Assembly (NCBI GenBank): GCA_965285935.1
Contig: OZ260663.1
Coordinates: 18,042,001 to 18,106,000 of the forward strand
Direction: 5' to 3'
DNA length: 64,000 bases
Origin: Ophelia neglecta
Taxonomy: Eukaryota
Shown: positions 13,437 through 37,628 of the stretch, piece after piece
How positions within the stretch are numbered: the first letter of the stretch is position 1
Layout of the letters: each line of letters opens with the position of its first letter
Notes under the pieces: model-generated
Seen by the model: the letters and a program-made list of their open reading frames with translations, nothing else
The model's database searches: none
What the model was told of the DNA's origin: nothing
Translations under genes and position numbers: made by a program

Positions 13437-13856
13437 TATATATATGAATAATTATTAGCCAACGTTTAACTAGATAAACCGATTTAATACATACTATGCC
13501 ACAAATATAGCACTTAATTTTAATAGCTTTATGTTCCACAAAATTTGAACTAATAGGCCTATAAACAATTCTGTCACCATCTTTTGAGAAATACATTCAT
13601 TTTTATTAATATATTGGCAATAAGTGCTTGATATTACAACATTTAGACAAAAATCGTTTTTTGTTAACTTGTTCTGCTATGAAACCAACTTCCACTCCTT
13701 TCCTGTACATAAATATGTTTGCAACCCTCTTCTGAAGGTATTTATAGAAGAAAACATGTCTGCACTCCTTTGCTGGTCCCCGGTGGATGACTTTCCACGT
13801 CTTTGGTTCACTCGGTGCTTTCGTTCAGGTGCATATTATTTTGCAAAACGACGTGT

Positions 13857-16800
13857 TTACAAAATAGTACACTTCCATTTTTGGGCACCCTGTAGTGGCC
13901 CGGGCGAGCCTCCAGCTGCCGCCTCCTTGACGGCACCAATGACCTGGATCAAACAGCAAAACCAGTTTGTGAATAAGCGTAGTAATATCATTGGAATGCT
14001 CAACAAAAAAGAATCCCAAAGCCATTTGGACTTGGAGTTTATTAACTTGCATTTTACCATATTAAAAAAGTCTCATTGGCTCGAACCCCGATTTTTCCAT
14101 GCTGCAACTAAGTCACATACCTATACGTATTCAATACGAATAATTATATAACAGGGTATTAAATGAAAGTAGTTGAACATTTGCTAGCCTTCAGTTACTA
14201 AGACAAATATTTAAACCATAGTAACAATAATAAAAAAATAGGCTAAAGTCAGTAATTTCAAGCATCTTTTAATTCCGCGAAGTGGGTAGCCTTATTTCGC
14301 GCAGACGCCATGCGAGGAGTGAGATATTTATTGCGCTGAATTAAACCATGTGTAGAAATGCTTCTTTTTTCACGGTGCGTGGAATAAGCCTTCATTCTGC
14401 ACGGAATTAAAAGTGTTCCTACGTCTATGCACTAAATTCTTACCTCCTCCACTATCGGAAAACCATCCATTTTCAGCTTACTGAAAACAAGTTGGTCATT
14501 AATGGTGACCTCGAATGAACCTGAAACGAAGGAACAATAATATTAACGATACTTCTTAATGTTCGATCATAGATCAAAGTCGTGTTAAGAAAACTTCATT
14601 TTACAGTTGGCCAGGTGCTGTACTTCTTTGAAACATGCTTCTGAATAGGGACAATAAAGGGCTGCTACTCTGGGAAGATAACGCCTTTGCTGATAAAAAT
14701 ATTAATCTTTTTTATTCTTTTCTAGATCAAGACCATGTATTTGAGCGACTTTCATTTACACCTAGATTCCAAAAAATACTACCCTACAGAGGCGTAGGAA
14801 GGAAAATCAAAGTAGGGGTGGTGGTGGTGGGGGGGGGGCAAAACATATGATGGCGCACCACTTTTTTAAGTGGGGGGCCATGCCCCCCCCCCCCCCCCGC
14901 TTCCTACGCCACTGCCCTATATGATAGTGGTGAGTAGGAAGCCCCCCCCCCAAGAAAAGCGGATATTTCATTATTTTTAATCTTGATAACTTAGTTCCTG
15001 GCATCTTTTCACCCTACTCTTTTAAGAAAAATAACCTTTATTCTACACTTAGATATTTTGGCAACAAAGCGAAAATCTGACTACTTAAGAAAGTCCTTGT
15101 TCGCGGTTTTTTTTAGTAGTATATCAGTTGACTTACCGAGGCGACCTGTCTCCCCGGTGACCTCCGCTTCAGGCATGGCTTTCTTGACCTTAGTCTCCAG
15201 GTCCCGATAGCGGCTGCCGTAGTACCCTCATTTACCACTGAAAGACAACCAGAAATTAGATACGTATATAATTCATATAAATACATTACCAATAAGAAAT
15301 ATCCTGGTTGCCTGCCAAAGTTTGTGCATGTGGTATGCCCGAGGTTGTATCTATATATGGTATTGAGAGGTGAACTGATCTTTATAAATCATATGATAAT
15401 TAGCATATAAGACGAATATATAAAAGCTTATTAACATGCATGGGGACAGCCAGGCAAGAGACACACGCTAAGGAAAACGCGTTTTGGTTAAACTATTCTT
15501 TTAATACAGATGAACCTATTTTGATTTATTAAACCGCAGACAGATAATTAATCGTTTGTCCGAGTTTCATAAAGTTAGTGTTGTCCTCTATCCGCGTTTT
15601 TCCCCGGGGTAGATATATTGGGTAAAAGACATCACATATCCTGGTTCCGATTTTCACATATATAGTTTATTGTATCAATAAAGTAATTTCTATTATTGTG
15701 TTATTACTTTAAACTCTGTGAACATCACATTACAATTGTCCAATATGTTTTGTATGCTATATGCCATCTAGATGACTGCATGTTATTTTGGAACACTCTG
15801 TAGTGGTCAGCTGCAGTGAAATATGTAACCAGCTGTAGACCCTTATAAGGTATATGTTAATGATCACATGATCCTGTTCAGCCAAGTGTGCCAGACATAG
15901 TCTGGGTTGGTTCTTTTCAGCCTGACCCTCCAGAGAGAAGGTAGTACATTTTGCCCACCTCCTCCCCTGCTCCACCTGCCTGGTATTTTTGTCGTTTCGA
16001 CATTTCTGATGACATATTATTCTAGTTTAATTTATATTAATTTGTAAGTGCATGTATGTTGTTCAAAACACTATTATCTACTCATTTGCAGTAAAATGGT
16101 GCATTTATTAATGTTCTTCTGTAAATGATATTACCAATATTCTTATGTGGTGGGTAAGTTCCCCCACCTTTGTGAATTTAGGACTTGTTATATTTCCAAT
16201 ATAACCATATTCAACACAGTCACGGCTTTGTTTTCATTCACAAATGTAACTGCGTCGCTCGGTAACACATAGGAATAGAAATATCTTTTTTGCTCTCTAA
16301 ATGTCATAACTCATAACGTGGTCTTTTATACACCATTCGCATAAAAGTTCGACAATGTCTTGTTTAACTTAACTTTAATGGACATTTTGCATGAATTAAT
16401 TGGAGGAAAACACAAAAGAATACCACATGGTCTTCCTGAACCATGTTCTAATTGGAATAATGCCACAGACTGTGACAGCTTTGACAATGGATTAAATAGT
16501 ATATGCACAGTAGCATAACCCATGCACTTAGTACACTTATATAGCCTATTGATAGCTTGTGTTATTTGCATTATTAAACCAGCCCCGTGTAACTGTGTAT
16601 AGGCATGGTTCTAGTTCATGACCACGGTGTCCCCGGGCCTTTTAGGTCCCTTTATCTTTTGTTGGTACGGTCCACTTTAGCTTCCCCGTCGGTGTAACCC
16701 TTTCTTCCTTTACTGCACGTATAACGGTATTTGGCTTGTCTTGCATTGTTTTCATGCTGTTTATCTATCCCTATGTTGGACCATTTGTATATCATAACCT

Positions 16801-17773
16801 GGACTATCTCTGATCCCGCACTCTTTCTCATTTATACATTTGAATATTTTGTAATCGGTCCTCCAAGTGAAATTTCCAGGCTTGCCTACTTGATTATATA
16901 GATTATAGGTTTACCTCAGGAAATAAATCCCTAATTCTTTGAGAAGGCACATACATATATATTATCGATCTGAAAACGCATCGTGATGATTTGTCCTGCC
17001 GTTCAATTTTACAATTATTTCGCAGATATAAATATTTGCCCATTAAGAACTTCTGTTAAAACTAATGGACACTTCTTGAGATAGCCAATTACAGTAGATG
17101 TAATAGATTCGAGCATTTAACAGTTTGAAATCTCAATGAAAAGAGATGCTGGTCTAACTTTTGGCATGAACACCCAGTGTTGAAACAATGCTTGGTTAGT
17201 AGGCCTACCAACTTTTAGAACTCCTAGTACAAAGCTTTTCTTCATATATTAGCTAGTTTTGCAATGCAGCTTATTTTCGGTGGTACATCGTGGTACAGAT
17301 ATCTTTTAAAGTTAATATCTTCACAATACCCTGTAACGTATTCGCCGGAAAGAATGACCTCATCGGGTGCATATTTCGTAATACATTACTATTGAATCAT
17401 CCACATGGTTTTTTACGTTTTTCTTGGGGAAAATTACACCCGCGACTCTATTATTTTCTATGACAGTAAAAAGGGGGTAGGCTATTCCAACCGTACAGAA
17501 CCATGTGGATTAAATGAACCTTTAGCCCGAACTGACTCTGTTATAAATGTTAGAATAAAATTTATAAGATGTGTCGTGATATTTTAGATGTACTATCCAT
17601 GTCTTTCTATGGTCAATCATGAAATATAGTTGTCAAAATAGTAATTTAGGGAAAGAGTTCGTTGAGCTAACGAACCTTATGCCCATTTTGTCCATAAGAC
17701 AAGTAAAGTTAAAAACAACCAAATTCTACAAAGCTTACCAGTGTTCCACACTGACGTGTACCTTGGTAGTCAT
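13857..17773 (-). CDS. MIEN1: Rdx-family selenoprotein, SelW2/MIEN1-like, paralog 2 (99 aa, CGKU motif, C-terminal CTIL)
   Basis: Exons 17739-17773, 15137-15237, 14444-14520, 13857-13943, with the same intron positions and phases as paralog 1. Translation: MTTKVHVSVEHCGKUGYYGSRYRDLETKVKKAMPEAEVTGETGRLGSFEVTINDQLVFSKLKMDGFPIVEEVIGAVKEAAAGGSPGPLQGAQKWKCTIL. In-frame TGA at 15228-15230. Confidence 0.92.
14267..14412. mobile_element. Small degenerate palindromic MITE in intron 3 of paralog 2
   Basis: TTTTAATTCCGCG...CCTTATTTCGCGCA at the left is mirrored by TGCGTGGAATAAGCC...CACGGAATTAAAA at the right. Confidence 0.55.
14787..14915. mobile_element. GC-rich MITE with CAG(A/T)GGCGTAGGAAG terminal inverted repeats
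   Basis: CAGAGGCGTAGGAAG ... CTTCCTACGCCACTG with internal poly-G/poly-C tracts. Confidence 0.6.
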
Positions 17774-19757
17774 ATTGTCTGGAGGGATGAGCGATGACAG
17801 ATTCTGTAAAATCTCAATCAGTAATCACGCACTGCTTGGTGTATACTGCTGCACTCGGGAACACTACGACCAATAACACGTCTGCGCTTTATGTATGAGG
17901 ACTGACTACACACCGCCAGCCCCGCGCAGAATCGCGCAATCGGAAGCAGCTTTCCATTAAATGTCCAGATGTGTGGTGGATGTGATGGTGTGAGGGGGCT
18001 AGCGGGTATGGGGTGTACGTTTTTTATATTGTTTGTGTTGCGTTTTTTTTCCATGAGTTGTGGCCCATGATCCACGGAAGAAATGATTATCATCTATGGT
18101 GATAGCTTTCATACATTAAAGATATTTTGGTCAAACATGTAAATATTGCATGATAATCGTCATGCATTATACGCACAAAGCAACCATCTATCAACACACT
18201 TAGCAAGATCCTATCATATCAAGTCAGCTTTGTTGCAGAACCAACCGTGTCCTGATCGAGCCATGTCTGATAATAAACTGATTCAGCCTGATAATCTAAG
18301 CATCTCTGGAATATGAAATCACTACAGGACCAAATATATTAATTTTTTAGTTATACATAATAACACTGACTGATGAAATTGTCATGCATAATGTGCATCA
18401 CAAGCCAAATAAGAGTGTATTGTTTTGTTTTTTATTTGCATCATTTGCTTAGTAACATTATAATGTTATTATATTCACATGTGGCATAGCGTAAATAACT
18501 ATATAATTATCTATTTATATCGATGTAGGAATGTAAACAAGAGTGGATGCTGGGCAGACAAAACACAATATCGAAATGTAGTCTTTGAATAACACCTTTT
18601 GAACATCTACATTTCGTTTCAGAAAAGATAGAAATAACGACTATTAATTAGAATAATGAATGTAATAGTAAATGTTTATACCATTCGTTTTAATTATTCA
18701 TTTAAAGTTTTAACATCAATTAAGATTCTTCCTGGTTATATTTGCCAACACGAGGTTCTATGTTTAAATTACAATACACTGTTTAAACGTTTTGAGAGAT
18801 ATTTCTTAACATAATTAACAAATGTTTTATATGATGGTAAATTAATTTTTATTGTACAAGAATACTCCACACAGTCTGGTAATATAAACAAGAAATGTAA
18901 GCTATTTCTATGAACGACTTTCAAGAGCATTCGTTCGTACACTGAAACCTGCCCTGGTACACTGAAACCTGCCCTAAAGGCCACCTCTATGGTCCTAATT
19001 CCAATCACCTGTCAATTCAGACCACTTTTACGAACACAATATCGTCCCAATTCACATTTTTCACCGTATGGTATACTAGCCGAATATTTACAAACAGTTA
19101 ATTGACACTAGCACTTGCCATTGAGCTTAGTCTGTCGTAATAAGGATTTAAGTAATTTTTCACTAAGCCATTCCTCAAATTTATGCTATGGGAGCCATAT
19201 ATTTCTAAACATGTTTTGTTGAATTACCGGTAAATATTAGACCATGCAAAGGGCTAACCAGCAGACAATTCTTACTTTTTTTAAGGCTGAACTAACCACA
19301 ACATGCATATAGTACAATGGCTTCCAAATAATGTATTACTGTTAACTAAAATGCCAACAAGAAACGTAAATCACCGCGTTGTTAATCACTCTACAGTCTG
19401 TATGTTTCCAGTTAGCCACGGAGGAAGCCAGTTTAATTAAATAAAGCTACAAAGACAAGATTATACGAGTAGGCCTATGCAGTCAAATACTTTCGTATCA
19501 GGCAAATGTTATTACACGAAGGAATGCCTGAAATATTCACAAAAATGCAACAAAGTCTGAATGAATCCTGAATTAATTTTAAGATGTGATCTAAACAAAA
19601 AAATAACTGTATTGTCTCTACTATGATATCAGATTGGGTAAAAATATAACAGACTCTTACTTTTAAAGGTAACTTAACATTGGGTAATATTGATAGCGTT
19701 GAATAGGGGACAACATCGAGAAAAGACAGTTCAATATTGGTTTGGGTGTGTGCTTCA

Positions 19758-32555
<12,798 letters not shown>

Positions 32556-33187
32556 CTTAGTAGTCTGATTCAGTCGATTATAAATTGGTTTTTACCCATA
32601 ACTAGAAAATAAGACCTGGACTTCCTTGGCCGTGTGTAAACTTGTGTTAGCTATATAGGTAGATTCATCCCTGGCTGGCGGTCACACTTAGTTGGCCGCA
32701 CATTTCTATCGAAAGGGTTATTCGTGATAATAACGTAGGCTTCATTTGTAAACAGCGTCTGACTGAATGTCATTTGTGTGTGTCTAAATATCAATGAAGG
32801 AAAGCATGTGCACTGTAAAGCGCTTAATTTTTGTCTGTTTCTTTCGCACAGGTATCTTACTTTAAAATTTCCTCGGCGACACATTCACAACACAGAGCAT
32901 TAACTGTAGTCTGAGGCCGGGTTAATGAGTCATGCACATGTAGCTGATTCATTTTATATTAAATCAAATTGATGTATTCTTGACATTATTATTTTTTTAA
33001 ACAAGAGCGAGTACCCAGCAGTTAAATCAACTTCGTTGATCAAAAGAAGCCTATTCAATCAATCCAAGTTCTCGGAGAATGAACCTCACACAACTAAACT
33101 CCGATTACACAATATTTTTATCAATTCAACTTATTACACGTCTCTGATGTACATAGGTATAATACAAGAACAAGTTCTAGCTATTAC

Positions 33188-34183
33188 CAGGGTTTGGTTA
33201 AACATGAATTTGCCAAAAAGTGCATCCGTTATCACATTGTCTCCTTATTGAATGTAACTCCTGATCTTATCAAGGAAAAGGTTTTTTCTCACAGCCTACA
33301 TGGGTTTTCTAACTACATCAAACGTTATTACATAAATTGTTATTCCGTGGACTGTTATATTCGGGGCTGTTATGTTTGTCGGGTCACATGTGTGGGCTGA
33401 TGGGTCTGCGCGGCGGTGGTCCTTCGGGGGTTGGCTCTAGTTTCCGTGCCTCTCCTGGCGGGCTGCCTCTGTGCGGGCCCATCGGTTTTTATGTGCTGGT
33501 ACTGTTGGCCTCATTTGCATTTGCATCCAGACACGATCCCTTGGATGTGTTTTTATGTCTTTTACATGAAAGTGCTCCGGTATATGGGAAATCCCCTGCA
33601 TGCCCTCTTGTTTGTATTGCCTTATGTATTCTTAATAACAAATGTATATTCTCTTATTGAGTTGTGATTGAGATAATTTATGCCTCTTTGCATTCCAAAG
33701 CAGTAATCTTAAAAGGTTGACTTATCTATATAAATATAGCATTTAACTTTGCATATACCTACTTTGTTTATCCCTGACAATACACTACAATATATTGTAA
33801 TGTGACAATATTTAAATGTATCCTAATGTCCTTTTTTGCCTTCTTCTTCTGGGTGGCTCCCATGCTAGCGTGTGAACAACACTTAATGAGAGTCTCCCTG
33901 GCCAAATGTCTACATCATAATGTCGTACTAATTTTATATATAAACGTGTATATGCGTTACATGTACATTACATGTCTCATACTTGATCTCTTATTCGTGT
34001 ATTTATTCTATAATTCCATATTGTATAAATCATAATGTCTTACAAATTATATATATAAACGTGTGTATATACGTTACTTATACGTTACATGTCTGCTACT
34101 CGTTATCAAATTCATGTACTTATATTATGATTTCATATTGTATTCATTGTGGTCTGAATAAAATGTTCTGATTCTGATTCTGA
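33188..34183 (+). mobile_element. 5'-truncated non-LTR retrotransposon (CR1/L2-group) 3' end
   Basis: Peptide KHEFAKKCIRYHIVSLLNVTPDLIKEKVFSHSLHGFSNYIKRYYINCYSVDCYIRGCYVC resembles ORF2 C-termini of this group (from memory). It is followed by a T-rich 3'UTR ending AATAAAATG(TTCTGA)3. Confidence 0.65.
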
Positions 34184-37125
34184 TACACAACTATAAATAG
34201 ATATATAACTATTAATATTAGAAATGGAATAGATGAATAAAATGTGCAAGCATTTGTAAATATCTGAAAACTGTAATGTGCCTTAATATTCCATTAATAT
34301 GCCGAGAATACTCTCAAATGATAGGGGCTTTGAGAAAGTGAGCATGAAGATAAGAAGTCTCGAGCCAAAAATTGAACAGTTAAACAATAATTGATATATT
34401 AGCCGTCAATGACACATTTGAAGACGATTAAGTGAGGGAACATAATTTGAACGAACTGACAAATAACCTGCCTTGTTTAACGAAAATCGCTTGTCTTTGA
34501 AAATGTTGTTTGATGAAAGTTGCAACTTATGGCCCTTGCATACAACATAAAATATTTAGGCTGTAAAATAATTTAAATATATCGTGGCATAAATCTCAGT
34601 GCTTTGCAAACAAAAAGTATTTTCTTTAAAGTTGCACTCTTGGGTAGTTTGCGAGATCAGGCCTGCTAAAACACTGTTCTTAGAATCTATAACACCATCA
34701 TTCAGAACTATTCTGACTACTGTTTTACAATTTGGGGATAATGTAGCGAGACAAAACTACTAATTTCAGTAGGGACATTCAGGAATTAAGCCAGTTAAAT
34801 TATTAGGCCTTTAAGTCATTGCGTAGGGATTATTTCATGAATGTATTAACTTTAAAATCACTATATGGTATTGCCCCTCAACATCAAGGAGATACCCTGA
34901 ACTATTGGGGTGAATATCATTAATTCCCGTGACAAAATACAAGTAACAACGTGCAGGCACGGAATTGGTTGAACAATACTCTCATAACGAAATAAATATT
35001 GCAGGTATTTTTACGTCTCTTGGTGTGCTATTCCTTGCTACATAAGAAACCTGCTATGCCGGACACGCTGACTGCCATGACTCCAGCGCATTGATCTATT
35101 TGCTCCGTTGCATCAATTTCAAAGGACACGACAGCAGATACTGTGTATGGCGTCTGATCCAATCTTGGTCGTCCTTGGATCTCTGGTTAACGTTACGAAA
35201 GACATTTTTAGAGAGCGGAATATGTGGTAAAGTCACTGTTTCTTGATGCTCGGGATAAGCGCATTTAAGTGAAAAAATCAAACCCGTCTTTACTTAGCTT
35301 TAACATGACGTTCAAAGAATTACGGAATCCACAGGAGAACCTTACCTATGCCATGCCTCTACATGTGGAATGCTAGCATTTGAATGGAACAGCTTGGCGA
35401 TATCTTTCCTTCTTGTTTGCATGGATTTCTTGAGTATTCTAGTCAAAGCTGTGGAATGGACTAGTTGTACAATTTGTGGCACGTTTCCCAAGGCGAGCGC
35501 TGCTTTTCGAGATAATTCTTATATTCTTAAAAATCACGGGATGTTTAGTCAGCTGATATGTCACTAGTAAATGCCCTTCTTTAGATTTCTTTAGTTTCCT
35601 TATTTCGATTCTATACAAATGCGCCGTAACGCATCATCAAGCATCATAAAGTTGAGCTCAAACACCCTAGAGTAATAAAGGTGTGAATAGATATGGAACA
35701 ATAAAACCAATGATTTGTTTATTGTTGTATTTCAAGTCGAAACATACAACATCACACAGTTTTGACAAGGTCAGGCGTAAAATCTATATAACTGTTTACT
35801 GTTGGAGGGATACTTTTAAATATACATATGGGCAATAATACCCAACAGTGGGTGGTACTCGCTGACAGAGGTCTTGAGACTGCTACCAGTGGGCGCAAGT
35901 GACACCGCCACCTGAAGGCGTTCCATGTCTAGGTGTTATGGCCGTTACGATATCTCAGTCAGTCATCGATAACAGGTAAACTTTATTTTTATTCGTTCTA
36001 AAACCAAATGAGGTACTTCCAGCGCTCAGGAATTGGCTCTGACAAAACTATAACGTTAATCTTGACCCAATTCGACCAACAATCTTTCTCCGAGGTTTTC
36101 TGCGGTTTCGTAGTTTATCATTCCCCTACTCGCTAAGTTTAATGGGTGTGTCTTTTTTTTTGTCAAATCTATAACATTTGTGTGTACCAAATGTACCAGA
36201 CAGCTATTTTTGGTTTTATGCATGACCTGTGTCTTGCCTTCGGTTCCCTTGATGAAACTTTACTAACAAACAAATAATTTGCATGTTCGTCAATTTGTAT
36301 TCCACTTTGTTACATCATAGGCCATTACATACAGCACATCTTAGCTATTTTTTAACAAACATTTAAAAGTATTCATCCACACAGGAGGTGTTATATAATC
36401 CATATTTTTAAACAAGTATCATTGGAATAAAAATGGTTAGTTTTAAAAGGCTGATCCAAACAGTGAATGTAAAGTATGTGCCTATCGAACAAGGCGATAT
36501 TCTAGAATAAACATGATCATGGTAATAAGGCGGAACCAAACATAGTTTGTTGGATATTAGCTAATGCAATAACATTAGAAAAAAAGCAGACAAAACAAGA
36601 TCCCCGTATGAATCATTATATTCGGTAATCATACATTTTTAAGTACAGACATAATATCATAGGAGACACAAATTTGTAAAATTGCCAATGATGGCCGAAG
36701 CTGTAAATACTGGTCGCCCTTAGTGCAGGGATACTTGTGCAGATTAAAACAAAAAATAACATACAGGTGAACAGGTGAACAGGTGAACAAAAAGCAAACA
36801 TGTCAAACAATCAATATTAGCAAAATTATATAGTATAAAATGTCATGAATAGCAGTGATAAAATGTTCTTAACATAGCAGATATCATCAGTTACAATAGG
36901 ACAACAAAGACATTAGTAACAATTTCTAATTAAACAATTTCTGAATATTTTTTAATACACAGGTTCTTGAAATTCCAGTGCTTTTGAACATTATCATTTT
37001 CTTTTAATAGTACTCTAGCTTGTAATGTTATATTCCAGAGTTCGTAGGATAGGTTATTTTTGTTAAATTTGTTCGTATCTTCCCTACATGAATTCGATTC
37101 CTTTGTCTCGTATTTTATGAATGAA

Positions 37126-37127
<2 letters not shown>

Positions 37128-37183
<56 letters not shown>
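37128..37183. repeat. (ATTG)n microsatellite
   Basis: About 14 tandem TGAT units; source of the QSIN repeat in ORF 36930-37265. Confidence 0.95.
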
Positions 37184-37628
37184 GAATTTGATTGTTGTGA
37201 GTGACCATGTTCCAAATATATTTAGGGCATCTTTTTTTTTCAGCGTTCACTTTATAAAGTTTCATGCCGTGACAAAAATACCGATCATGCAGTTTTAAAA
37301 TAATATGTTTTTAAAGATATGACCAGTAACATTCTTATCTATGATTCGCATGGTTTTCCTTTGAATTTTGAAAACGCGTTTTGAGTTAGTGTCATTATCT
37401 TTGAACCATATTAGTATGCATATATACGATGAGGCTGAAACAAAAGGTTGTAGATAATTTTGGGTACGCGTTGCTTAGTGTATTTTTCAATTTGTTCATT
37501 AAAGCTGTAATTTGTGATAGTTTCTTACATATTCATTTGTGTTATATCTCCAGTTTAGCTTTTCATCAAAGCAAACGCCAAACAACTAGAAAAGAACAAT
37601 ACGAGCAAAACCACTCCTTAGCGACTTT

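Noticed and set aside
36930-37265. 111-aa ORF with QSIN repeats
   Set aside because: Microsatellite-derived. The distal part may be a LINE ORF2 3' remnant, but the signal is too weak to call.
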